Shown: positions 1 to 7,923 of the stretch, in pieces
Numbering within the stretch: the stretch's first letter is position 1
How the letters are laid out: the number at the start of each line of letters is the position of its first letter
NCBI RefSeq assembly: GCF_000011465.1
Contig: NC_005072.1
Span: 810,001 to 842,000 of the forward strand
Length of the DNA: 32,000 nucleotides
DNA from: Prochlorococcus marinus subsp. pastoris str. CCMP1986
GTDB taxonomy: Bacteria; Cyanobacteriota; Cyanobacteriia; PCC-6307; Cyanobiaceae
Direction of reading: 5' to 3'
Notes under the pieces: generated by a model
Databases searched by the model: none
Seen by the model: only the letters and a program-made list of their open reading frames with translations
What the model was told of the DNA's origin: nothing
Program-made: the position numbers and the translations under genes

Positions 1-41
1 GCTGTGATACTTGAGGCTTTTAAACTAGGTTCTTAGCAAAA

Positions 42-218
42 TTATTCTTCACTTTCCTCTTCTTCGTCAATAGGATATACAAATCCTTGTGCTTTACCTG
101 TTAAAACAGATTTACCTAGTGACATTGCTTTTTGAGCAGCTAATGCTGCTTTACCTTTCCAAACAGCATGTCGATGATTTCTCTTGCTCTTTGATTTTTT
201 CTTCTTTGGAACAGCCAT
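42..218 (-). CDS. rpmF: 50S ribosomal protein L32 (bL32)
   Basis: Hand-translated 58-aa ORF, below the ORF-track cutoff: [58 protein letters not shown]. The MAVPKKK.S.S.R..R N-terminus is typical of L32. ATG is at 216-218 (rc) and TAA at 42-44 (rc). Confidence 0.85.
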
Positions 219-353
219 ACTAATTTCTTATATCCTTCTATTAATATAACCTTTCAATGGTTATCTCTCAAATATTTGAGTATATTTGTTTTAAATAATG
301 CAATTCTTAATCTGAGCTTTTAAGCTTTAGTTATTATATTTTATTGAAGATTA

Positions 354-2108
354 GTGTTCTTTAAATCAAATTTCTCATATTCAGATTCTAATAAGAGTTA
401 TTCTGATCTCTTATTAGAATTAGATTCGGGGAATATACAATCTATATATTTCTATCCTAGAAAAAGGGAAATAGATGTTTTGTATAAGAATGGGAACAAA
501 GAAAAAATACCTATACTTTATAACGACCAACTTATTCTTGAAAAAGCATCAGAAAATAATGTTGACCTAACCATTAATAACAGTCGTAAAGAATCTTCAG
601 CGGCCAATTCGTTTGCATCAGTGGGCCTTTTTTTGATTTTTATAATAGCCATTGTTTTAATATTGAAAAGTACTTCAAAACTAGCCTCAAAAGCTTTAGG
701 TTTTGGTAAAAATAAATCAAAATTTGTCACCATTGATGATGTAGAAACACGATTTGATGATGTTGCTGGTGTTCCTGAAGCCGCGGAAGAATTAAAAGAG
801 GTTATTAAATTTCTTAATGAACCAAAAAAATTTACTGATCTTGGAGCAAAAGTTCCTAAGGGTGTTCTTTTAATTGGTCCTCCTGGAACTGGTAAAACAT
901 TATTAGCTAAAGCTATTGCAGGTGAGTCCGGTGTTCCTTTTCTCTCTATTGCCGCATCAGAATTTGTTGAACTATTTGTTGGTGTTGGTGCAAGTAGAGT
1001 TAGAGACTTATTTGAAAAAGCAAAAGAAAAGTCTCCTTGCATAATATTTATAGATGAAATTGATTCTATTGGTAGACAAAGAGGTTCGGGGATCGGAGGA
1101 GGTAATGATGAAAGAGAACAAACCCTTAATCAGCTTTTAACAGAATTAGATGGATTTGCAGATAATTCTGGAATAATTGTTATTGCCGCCACAAATAGAC
1201 CAGATATCTTAGATTCAGCTCTTTTAAGACCGGGACGATTCGACAGAAAAATTGAAGTCATGTTGCCTGATCTAGATGGCAGAAAAAAAATACTCTCAGT
1301 TCATTCTTTATCTAAACCTCTTGCAAAAGATGTGGATTTGTCATATTGGGCTACAAGAACAGTAGGTTTTTCTGGCGCTGACTTAGCAAATTTAATGAAT
1401 GAAAGTGCTATACATTGTGCTAGAGAAGATTCTAAATTAATTACTTATTCTCATATAGAAAATGCTTTAGATAAAGTTACTCTTGGTCTTCGTACTTCTA
1501 TTATTTCTTCTCAAAATATGAAAAAGATTATTGCATATAACGAAGTTGGACGTGCCATTGTTTCCGCGGTTAAAAATGGTGTTGATTCAGTAGATAAAAT
1601 AACAATTCTTCCGAGATCTGGATATTTAGGAGGATATACAAAAATTAATCCAGACGAAGATATCGTATCAAGTGGATTAATTTCAAAGAAACTATTGTTA
1701 TCTAAAATTGAAATAGCATTGGCAGGAAGAGCTGCTGAAATAATTGTATACGGTAAAAATGAAATTACTCAATGTTCATTTAATGATATATCTTATGCAA
1801 CAAGCATTATTAGAGAGATGGTAACTAAATATGGATTTTCTATAATAGGACCTCTATCTCTTGAAGATGGAGGAGAAATGTCAATTGGAGATGGTTTTGT
1901 TAGGAATAAATCTACAATAGCTGATAACACTTACTCCAGAATTGATAATGAAATTATAAATATTTCTAAAATTTCTTTAAATAATGCCATAAAAATTATC
2001 AGTAATAATCGCATTTTATTAGAAAAACTAGTTGAACTTTTATTGATCAAAGAAACTGTTGAGAATAATACTTTTAAAAAAATAACTTTTGATTTATTAA
2101 AAGTGTGA
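354..2108 (+). CDS. ftsH: FtsH-family AAA+ protein with a degenerate metalloprotease zinc motif (HEXXH position reads NEVGR); GTG start
   Basis: Walker A GPPGTGKT, Walker B IIFIDEID and second region of homology [19 protein letters not shown] are present. The C-terminal M41-like domain is recognisable ([19 protein letters not shown]). An in-frame TGA at 345-347 caps the N-terminus, leaving only one predicted TM helix ([18 protein letters not shown]). Confidence 0.9.
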   Translation: MFFKSNFSYSDSNKSYSDLLLELDSGNIQSIYFYPRKREIDVLYKNGNKEKIPILYNDQLILEKASENNVDLTINNSRKESSAANSFASVGLFLIFIIAIVLILKSTSKLASKALGFGKNKSKFVTIDDVETRFDDVAGVPEAAEELKEVIKFLNEPKKFTDLGAKVPKGVLLIGPPGTGKTLLAKAIAGESGVPFLSIAASEFVELFVGVGASRVRDLFEKAKEKSPCIIFIDEIDSIGRQRGSGIGGGNDEREQTLNQLLTELDGFADNSGIIVIAATNRPDILDSALLRPGRFDRKIEVMLPDLDGRKKILSVHSLSKPLAKDVDLSYWATRTVGFSGADLANLMNESAIHCAREDSKLITYSHIENALDKVTLGLRTSIISSQNMKKIIAYNEVGRAIVSAVKNGVDSVDKITILPRSGYLGGYTKINPDEDIVSSGLISKKLLLSKIEIALAGRAAEIIVYGKNEITQCSFNDISYATSIIREMVTKYGFSIIGPLSLEDGGEMSIGDGFVRNKSTIADNTYSRIDNEIINISKISLNNAIKIISNNRILLEKLVELLLIKETVENNTFKKITFDLLKV

Positions 2109-2142
2109 TTAAATATATTTAATTTATATAAAACATTTTTCC

Positions 2143-2916
2143 TTGATAATAAAATTTAGTCTATTAAGACTATCCATAATAATTTTATTAGTAATACTTT
2201 TTCCATTAGCTCAAAAACAATGGTTAAATTTATACTTGTTTGATATTAATAATTTATCTATTTATAAACTTTTATATTATTTAAGTGGATTAATTGTCCC
2301 TATTCTTGTAATAATAAATTCATTAAATAAGTTTACTTATTATAAATTTAATTTTCATAAAAAAAATAATAATTATTCTGATATTAGTGGTAAATCTTTA
2401 TTCATAATAACTCTAGTAATATTAAGTCTACTATCAATCCTTATATCAAATTATATTTTTATAAATTTAAAAATTATTTTGAATTTATTAATGATTAATA
2501 ATGAATATTTAGTTCAATATGATATTGATAAACAAATCTTATTTATTGTTATTACTTCTATTTTCTTAATATTTAAAAAAACTAAGTTTCTTCTAAAAAA
2601 AATAATATTAACAAATTTTTTTATATTTTCTATTATTAATTGGTATTCACAAATTAATAATTCTTCTTTAAATAATGTGATTCCATTTAATATTTTTAAA
2701 TTTGAAAATATAAACTTTGTAAATATAAACTTTGTAAATATAATCTTTCTTCTAGCTATTGAAACGATGTTTTATCTATGGTCATACATCTCATATAACT
2801 CCTATCTAAGTGATTGGAACGTCCCAAGACCATATAAGAAGGAGGTCACACCAATCTTTAATGTTATTATTTTTTATTTATTAGTTATTTTATATTATTC
2901 AATACTCTTTAAATAG
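2143..2916 (+). CDS. Polytopic integral membrane protein, unknown function (TTG start uncertain)
   Basis: 257-aa ORF with several long hydrophobic segments (SIIILLVILFPL, LIVPILVII, LFIITLVILSLLSILISNYIF, ILFIVITSIFLIF, IIFYLLVILYYSILF). It contains an in-frame 15-bp tandem repeat. I recognise no family. Confidence 0.5.
   Translation: MIIKFSLLRLSIIILLVILFPLAQKQWLNLYLFDINNLSIYKLLYYLSGLIVPILVIINSLNKFTYYKFNFHKKNNNYSDISGKSLFIITLVILSLLSILISNYIFINLKIILNLLMINNEYLVQYDIDKQILFIVITSIFLIFKKTKFLLKKIILTNFFIFSIINWYSQINNSSLNNVIPFNIFKFENINFVNINFVNIIFLLAIETMFYLWSYISYNSYLSDWNVPRPYKKEVTPIFNVIIFYLLVILYYSILFK
2706..2743 (+). repeat. 15-bp tandem repeat AAATATAAACTTTGT, 2 full units plus an 8-nt partial unit
   Basis: Units at 2706-2720 and 2721-2735 are identical, and 2736-2743 repeats the first 8 nt. 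The repeat is in frame and encodes NINFV-NINFV-NI. Confidence 0.9.
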
Positions 2917-2942
2917 AAAAGGTACTAAATTATATTTTTGAC

Positions 2943-3527
2943 TTAAAGGGCAGAGAAATATTCTTTACTTCCTTTTGGATCTTCTAGCATTGTTTTCTCC
3001 CCTGGAGTCCAATTTGCAGGACAGACCTCATCAGGATTGGCTGCTACATATTGATAACCCTGAAGTATTCTCAGTGTTTCATCAACATTTCTCCCTACAG
3101 GAGCTTTATTCACTGTCGTGTGCATTACAATTCCTTCTGGATTAATAAGAAATAAACCTCTATCAGCTTCACCATCATCATTAAGTACGTTGTAAGCTTG
3201 GCAAATTTCTCTTTTCAAATCTGATACCAAAGGATAGTTAATATCACCAATACCTCCTTCATTTCTTGGTGTTTGTATCCAAGCTAAATGGCAATGTTTG
3301 CTATCAACAGATACTCCAAGAACTTCAGTGTTTAAGTCAGAGAATTTATTAAATTCATCACTGAATGCGGTAATTTCTGTTGGACAAACAAAAGTAAAGT
3401 CTAATGGATAGAAAAACAAGACAACCCATTTACCTTTATAACTTGAAAGCGTAATGTCTTTAAATTCTTGATCATAAACTGCCGTTGCAGTGAAATCTGG
3501 GGCTTCTTGACCAACTCTTAAACTCAT
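2943..3527 (-). CDS. ahpC: Typical 2-Cys peroxiredoxin (thioredoxin peroxidase, AhpC/BAS1 type)
   Basis: The peroxidatic Cys motif [10 protein letters not shown] and the resolving Cys motif EVCPANW are both present. The 194-aa length fits the family. Confidence 0.9.
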   Translation of the reverse strand: MSLRVGQEAPDFTATAVYDQEFKDITLSSYKGKWVVLFFYPLDFTFVCPTEITAFSDEFNKFSDLNTEVLGVSVDSKHCHLAWIQTPRNEGGIGDINYPLVSDLKREICQAYNVLNDDGEADRGLFLINPEGIVMHTTVNKAPVGRNVDETLRILQGYQYVAANPDEVCPANWTPGEKTMLEDPKGSKEYFSAL

Positions 3528-3843
3528 GAATTTCTATTCCTTTTTTGAAAAAATTAAGGTCTTAATACACCTTAAATTTATTATAATTTTAATGTTTATA
3601 ATATAGCAAGTAAATCTCTAATATGAATTCATGAAATGGCATCATTCCTTAACAAGGAAATTTACAATAATGAACTATTCTAAATTAATAAAAAATCTTA
3701 AAAGAGAATTTATCAAATACCCCATTAATAGAGATATTGATAAAAGGAGTAATTAATAATTAAATCTTCCTCTTTAAAACATCAATAGATATAAAAAACA
3801 TCATTAAGCTTTTTTGCTTAAACTTCTAAGACATTTTAAAAAT

Positions 3844-4002
3844 ATGACAAATTACATAGATAGGCTTAAAGCAAAACTCAAAATTAAAAAATTTGATCCT
3901 GACCAACCAATAAATGCCTGGTTATTTGTCTTGATATTAAATATTGTCGGTTTTGCCGGTTACTTTTATTTAAAAATAAATGATATTCACTTAGGAGACT
4001 GA
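3844..4002 (+). CDS. Small membrane protein (52 aa from ATG 3844; the track ORF begins at TTG 3814)
   Basis: MTNYIDRLKAKLKIKKFDPDQPINAWLFVLILNIVGFAGYFYLKINDIHLGD. It has a basic N-terminus and one TM helix. Confidence 0.4.
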   Translation: MTNYIDRLKAKLKIKKFDPDQPINAWLFVLILNIVGFAGYFYLKINDIHLGD

Positions 4003-4008
4003 CTATTT

Positions 4009-4227
4009 TTATCTAATCTCTTTTTTAATTGATCTACAAAAATTTTTATATCTATCGATTCTTGTTAAGTCAGGTAAAGTCCAAATTAACTCTTTATCAA
4101 ATAAAGGACCATTCCATTCTTTAAACTCCTCTCTAATTGAATCACTATTTAGTTTGGAAAGTTTTTTTGTTCTTTTCTTTAAATCTTTCTTAATTACTCT
4201 AATGTTTACATTTATATATTCCCTCAT
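4009..4227 (-). CDS. Hypothetical basic 72-aa protein
   Basis: ORF-track ORF that is Lys/Arg-rich. I recognise no family. Confidence 0.4.
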   Translation of the reverse strand: MREYINVNIRVIKKDLKKRTKKLSKLNSDSIREEFKEWNGPLFDKELIWTLPDLTRIDRYKNFCRSIKKEIR

Positions 4228-4289
4228 AATAAATATATGACTTTTTTTAATTTAACATTAAATGTGTCAATTAAACTTATCAGTAACTA

Positions 4290-4460
4290 TTAAACGTTTT
4301 GAACTGCTTGGAATAATCCAAATGAATATCCTCCTATTAAAATCCAACCTAAAACACTTGATATTATAGTGGACCTCCTATTATGTCTTCGTAACGCATT
4401 CTCAATCATCTCGTTTACTTCATCTCTGCTTATGGAATCAGAATTTGAATTTTTATTCAT
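4290..4460 (-). CDS. Small single-TM protein, 56 aa
   Basis: Hand translation checked codon by codon: MNKNSNSDSISRDEVNEMIENALRRHNRRSTIISSVLGWILIGGYSFGLFQAVQNV. It has a C-terminal TM helix. Confidence 0.45.
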   Translation of the reverse strand: MNKNSNSDSISRDEVNEMIENALRRHNRRSTIISSVLGWILIGGYSFGLFQAVQNV

Positions 4461-4692
4461 TAATTTTATTTTCTAGTATAAGGGAAATAAATATGCAGTG
4501 AGTTTAACCCCTTTGATTTGTGTTTAATATTAGCTAATGGACTTTGTTATTGATATCTCTAAAACTAATAATAGATGAATTTTTATTCATTTAATTAATT
4601 ATTTCATTGAAGATTTAATTTCAAATGTACATACACGCAAATAAATAACTAAAATGAAGTTTTAAATGTTTTATTAAATTTGGTACCAAAAT

Positions 4693-4860
4693 ATGAATGT
4701 TAATGATGCATCTGTTCTTGAAATGATAAACAGACTTATTGCTTCCGATAGATTAAATAAAAACCAAATTCTCCAATTAGTAAACCTAGCAGCAATTTCA
4801 AATAATATTAATGAATTAGAAGAAAATATGAAATGGGAAACTTTAAAATCTAAATATTAA
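4693..4860 (+). CDS. Hypothetical 55-aa protein
   Basis: MNVNDASVLEMINRLIASDRLNKNQILQLVNLAAISNNINELEENMKWETLKSKY. Runs ATG to TAA and is below the track cutoff. Confidence 0.35.
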   Translation: MNVNDASVLEMINRLIASDRLNKNQILQLVNLAAISNNINELEENMKWETLKSKY

Positions 4861-4928
4861 AAAAATATAAAAAATAATATAATTAGTTCTCAAAATAAAT
4901 ATTATTTAATCAGAAGTAAAGCTTGAAA

Positions 4929-5084
4929 ATGAATTCTAAAAATATACAAAAAAAAATATCTCGGAACGAATATCTTGACGTATTGAAGGGTTTAAATTCT
5001 TGTGAAGTAAGCAAAGCTAGCGCTGAAATAATGCTCGAACGATTTTGTAACGGAAAAGAAATTGATTTTCCTTTTTCTCAATAA
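4929..5084 (+). CDS. Hypothetical 51-aa protein
   Basis: MNSKNIQKKISRNEYLDVLKGLNSCEVSKASAEIMLERFCNGKEIDFPFSQ. Its stop codon directly abuts the stop of the convergent ORF 5085-5243. Confidence 0.35.
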   Translation: MNSKNIQKKISRNEYLDVLKGLNSCEVSKASAEIMLERFCNGKEIDFPFSQ

Positions 5085-5243
5085 TTAGGATTTATTAGTA
5101 GTCAAGATTTCTTTCGGAGCTATTTGAAAATAAGATTGTTTATCGCTGACTTTAACTTTATTAATAATAAAAACTGTTGATATTACAAAAATTATAATTA
5201 TAACTAGATCCCCTACAGTTAATCCTCTCTCCTTTAAATTCAT
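5085..5243 (-). CDS. Small single-TM protein, 52 aa
   Basis: Hand translation checked: MNLKERGLTVGDLVIIIIFVISTVFIINKVKVSDKQSYFQIAPKEILTTNKS. Confidence 0.4.
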   Translation of the reverse strand: MNLKERGLTVGDLVIIIIFVISTVFIINKVKVSDKQSYFQIAPKEILTTNKS

Positions 5244-5483
5244 AACATTAATTTTAATTATTTTTATTATAACTGAGTTGTTTATCTAATTTTACTTGAA
5301 TTATCGATAGTTTACTTAATATAAATAATCAATATAAGATGAACTATAAATATATAACTTATTTACTGATTAATATTTAACCGAGCACGCACTTTAAATA
5401 ACATATGGATGATATTTAATTTCTAATTGAGACTGCAGAAACAATTCGTGATTTAAAAATTTGAATTTTGTTTAAATAACTTT

Positions 5484-5636
5484 TTAAAAACTTTCTTTCA
5501 GAATATTTAATAACTTTGTCCGTTTAACGTAGTTTTCTTTTTCCCATAAACTAGTTACTTCATCATTATTAATTGGTTTTGATTCATAAGCAAAATACCA
5601 GAGTATAAATCCAATTGGTATTATTAATATTTGCAT
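5484..5636 (-). CDS. Small single-TM protein, 50 aa
   Basis: Hand translation checked: MQILIIPIGFILWYFAYESKPINNDEVTSLWEKENYVKRTKLLNILKESF. Confidence 0.4.
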   Translation of the reverse strand: MQILIIPIGFILWYFAYESKPINNDEVTSLWEKENYVKRTKLLNILKESF

Positions 5637-5663
5637 TTAATTTAAGTTGACTTAGATTTAATA

Positions 5664-5676
5664 TAGTGCAACACTA
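5664..5676. promoter_or_regulatory. Perfect dyad TAGTG-CAA-CACTA, candidate operator upstream of the RHH gene
   Basis: TAGTGCAACACTA lies 33-45 nt upstream of ATG 5709. A related half-dyad AAGTGTTACAAT at 5686-5697 contains a TACAAT -10-like hexamer (5692-5697). Confidence 0.4.
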
Positions 5677-5708
5677 ATAATATGCAAGTGTTACAATAAA
5701 TTTTTTAT

Positions 5709-6077
5709 ATGCCCACGCAAAGAAGAAGAATTGGTTTTTTACCAAGATCGGAAGTTCAGAATATAATAGACAAAATTTGTATTATTAATAAATTAAGTCA
5801 ATCAAAAGTAACTGGGATATTGGTTGAAGAAGCACTAAGGTCTAGAGGGGTATTAAATACCTCTATTAAAAAGCTATCATACGAATTTTATAGTAATAAC
5901 GGTGATGCATTATCAATTCCTAATAAAAAATATAACAACGAAATACCAATGGTTGAAGATAACAATCATTTAGATGATGAATCTATAAATGATGAAGTTC
6001 AAATGATTAACGACTATATTGAATTTAAGTTTTTTAAAAATATAATGAATAGAAATAAAAGCAGGATAAAGGAATAG
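5709..6077 (+). CDS. Ribbon-helix-helix (CopG/Arc/MetJ-like) DNA-binding protein with an acidic C-terminal tail
   Basis: The N-terminus RRRIGFLPRSEVQNIIDKICIINKLSQSKVTGILVEEALRSRG has the strand-helix-helix pattern of RHH repressors. The C-terminal half is Asn/Asp/Glu-rich. Confidence 0.6.
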   Translation: MPTQRRRIGFLPRSEVQNIIDKICIINKLSQSKVTGILVEEALRSRGVLNTSIKKLSYEFYSNNGDALSIPNKKYNNEIPMVEDNNHLDDESINDEVQMINDYIEFKFFKNIMNRNKSRIKE

Positions 6078-6087
6078 TGTTACACTT
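6075..6087. promoter_or_regulatory. Second copy of the dyad (TAGTG-TTA-CACTT), overlapping the RHH gene stop codon
   Basis: TAGTGTTACACTT has the same 5-bp arms as site 5664-5676 (the right arm matches 4 of 5), with the spacer in the opposite orientation. Confidence 0.35.
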
Positions 6088-6274
6088 TATTAGAAAAACT
6101 TGAGCATTAATTGAACATGGGACTTGGGGCCTAAGAACCCTCAACCACTTGGAACAATTTAGCTATAGCCAATAAAGAAGGTAAGTAAAAAAATAAGTTC
6201 GTTGAATTCGTGATGTTTTATTCTTTGGATGATTGACAGTAGATCTAAAATAAAAAAGTAATTAAGATCTTTTT

Positions 6275-6334
6275 ATGGATAAAAGATTTTTAGCTGAAAA
6301 GATAATGACTCTTCTCATTTCATTAATCTTCTAA
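6275..6334 (+). CDS. Mini-ORF, 19 aa, first of four overlapping ORFs
   Basis: MDKRFLAEKIMTLLISLIF. Its stop TAA (6332-6334) shares one base with the next ATG (TAATG). Confidence 0.25.
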   Translation: MDKRFLAEKIMTLLISLIF

Positions 6335-6450
6335 TGAATATTTCTCCCCACTTATTAATAGATGTTGGAATACTAAGTACTGCATTGACTATAACTCTTG
6401 TATTGAGAGCTAAAGGTAACGCAGCAAGAAAAGAGCGAGAAACTAAATGA
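6334..6450 (+). CDS. Small single-TM peptide with a basic tail, 38 aa
   Basis: MNISPHLLIDVGILSTALTITLVLRAKGNAARKERETK. Its stop overlaps the next start (ATGA at 6447-6450). Confidence 0.4.
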   Translation: MNISPHLLIDVGILSTALTITLVLRAKGNAARKERETK

Positions 6451-6587
6451 TTACTAAAAAAGAGGAAACCGAATACGAAAAACCTAAATTATTTAGGTTT
6501 TGGAATTTTCTAATCTATGGAAGTTTTTTTGCTATTGGTGCTTTCTTAGTTTATTTATATTCGGCTTATATTTTTATAAATAAATAA
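6447..6587 (+). CDS. Small single-TM protein, 46 aa
   Basis: MITKKEETEYEKPKLFRFWNFLIYGSFFAIGAFLVYLYSAYIFINK. Its stop overlaps the next start (TAATG at 6585-6589). Confidence 0.4.
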   Translation: MITKKEETEYEKPKLFRFWNFLIYGSFFAIGAFLVYLYSAYIFINK

Positions 6588-6823
6588 TGGAACATTGGCT
6601 GATAAATTCAAGTAGATCAGAAGTTAAGAGATTTATAAAGAACGATAAGAGTATTGATAAAGTATTCGAGTATATGTTCATTGATTCTGGAAAAATAGTT
6701 GGAGTATTAGGGAAAGAACCTCCAGTTATTACTACAACAGTTTCTGTAGATATAGATTTAGCTAGAGAAATTTATGAAAGATTACTTTCTCAAGGTTGGC
6801 GTAAAACAAAAGTAGTTTGGTAA
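6587..6823 (+). CDS. 78-aa protein with C-terminal LL..GWRKT motif, paralog of 8478-8726 (possibly the marine-picocyanobacterial DUF1651 family, from memory only)
   Basis: ORF-track ORF. It shares ME..LIN..R..K.F.K at the N-terminus and AR..Y..LL..GWRKT at the C-terminus with the ORF at 8478-8726. Confidence 0.55.
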   Translation: MEHWLINSSRSEVKRFIKNDKSIDKVFEYMFIDSGKIVGVLGKEPPVITTTVSVDIDLAREIYERLLSQGWRKTKVVW

Positions 6824-7041
6824 TAAATAATCATTTACCTCCTTTAATAATTGTTCATAAGTGTGAGTTTATAGATTTGTGAATTGAACTTTGTACGGGT
6901 TAAGGAACGACAAGGTTCGGGAGTAGGTACGTATAAATACTTAGTGAATAATTAAGACTTTCTAGAGTAATTGCATGGTTGTCATGAGACTGCCGCGGAA
7001 GCTGTAGAAATCAACCATACTTTTTACATAAAGGAATAAAT

Positions 7042-7191
7042 ATGACAGACCCAATTCTCTATCTTTCAATGATTTTAGGACTTACTGGAGTGTATGTTTT
7101 AATCTCATCTTTTGGAGATGATGACGATGATAGTAATGATGATGGTGAAAGATATATCTACAACCTTGAATACGTAAAAGTAGGAAAGTAG
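7042..7191 (+). CDS. Small single-TM protein with an acidic tract, 49 aa
   Basis: MTDPILYLSMILGLTGVYVLISSFGDDDDDSNDDGERYIYNLEYVKVGK. An AAGGA Shine-Dalgarno-like sequence sits 6 nt upstream of the ATG. Confidence 0.45.
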   Translation: MTDPILYLSMILGLTGVYVLISSFGDDDDDSNDDGERYIYNLEYVKVGK

Positions 7192-7403
7192 ATTGTACTA
7201 ATTAATGATTGATACATTAATTAAGGCATAACTTATCTATCATTGAGCTGACATAAATAGCTAAGAAGAGGTAGTGATATTTAGAGATTTCTGCTCTCAC
7301 GGCTAGATAGACCTAGTGTTATTATAAATTAACGTTCATCCTAGTAATATCTGGACGCATGACATGGAAATAGGGAACGGGATTTCCATTAACTGCAAAG
7401 GTC

Positions 7404-7568
7404 ATGAATAACCTCGTACTCATTAGAGAAAAAATCAAAAGAGCTGCAAGGCTTAATAAAGCCAAACTTCTTGCTACAAAAAATGGAGAGATTACTCCTT
7501 ATAATCCTACTATTTTTGAGCTAAGACAAAAGCAAGCTTGCAAAGATATTGAAGCGTTAAATTCTTAA
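7404..7568 (+). CDS. Hypothetical basic 54-aa protein
   Basis: MNNLVLIREKIKRAARLNKAKLLATKNGEITPYNPTIFELRQKQACKDIEALNS. A strong intrinsic terminator follows at 7597-7622. Confidence 0.5.
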   Translation: MNNLVLIREKIKRAARLNKAKLLATKNGEITPYNPTIFELRQKQACKDIEALNS

Positions 7569-7596
7569 TTTGAATTTATTACTTTCATTCGACTGG

Positions 7597-7622
7597 AAGG
7601 GGTTTTATAACCCCTTTTTTAT
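7597..7622 (+). terminator. Rho-independent terminator
   Basis: An 8-bp stem AAGGGGTT / AACCCCTT encloses the loop TTAT and is followed by TTTTATT. Confidence 0.8.
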
Positions 7623-7734
7623 TAGTAATTTTGCTTGATAATAAAGCAAATATTGTAAAGCTTATTACGTGCAACACTTTTCCTATTAAAATAAATTCTA
7701 GAAAATTACAATTAATTAGAGAATAATCTTAAGA

Positions 7735-7920
7735 TTGCTATCCTTATTGGAAGATGGCACTACTTTACTAATGAAGGAATTACAAGAAAATACTATTGAT
7801 CAAATAAGAACCCTTCTGAGGTATTTGAGTGAAACAGATCTATTAAAAAACAAAGATATTCTTATGTGTTTAGATGTAATAGCGAGAGAGTATGGAGGAG
7901 AAGTCGTAGATAAAAATTAA
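7735..7920 (+). CDS. Hypothetical 61-aa protein (TTG start; an ATG 12 codons downstream is an alternative)
   Basis: ORF-track ORF. The motif GTGCAACACT lies about 60 nt upstream, at 7669-7678. Confidence 0.35.
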   Translation: MLSLLEDGTTLLMKELQENTIDQIRTLLRYLSETDLLKNKDILMCLDVIAREYGGEVVDKN

Positions 7921-7923
7921 ATA

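Noticed and set aside
518-1042. 174-aa minus-strand ORF inside ftsH
   Set aside because: It lies antisense within a clearly homologous AAA+ coding region. The composition is low-complexity (Ser/Thr/Ala/Asn/Pro-rich) and no motifs are present, so it is a shadow ORF.
3632-3757. Possible 41-aa ORF (MKWHHSLTRKFTIMNYSKLIKNLKREFIKYPINRDIDKRSN) in the ahpC upstream region
   Set aside because: It has no Shine-Dalgarno sequence and no motif, and it lies where the ahpC promoter is expected. The evidence is insufficient.
5664-5676. Interpreting the TAGTG-N3-CACTA dyad, or the GAGTAC-N7-GTACTC dyad at 10049-10067, as cyanobacterial LexA boxes
   Set aside because: The cyanobacterial LexA consensus as I recall it (RGTAC-N3-DGTWCB) needs GTAC and GTWC half-sites at a different spacing. 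Neither element fits.
6241-6274. AGATCT...AGATCT hairpin followed by TTTT, as a terminator ahead of the four-ORF chain
   Set aside because: The stem is only 6 bp, with an 18-nt A-rich loop, which is too weak to call a terminator with confidence.
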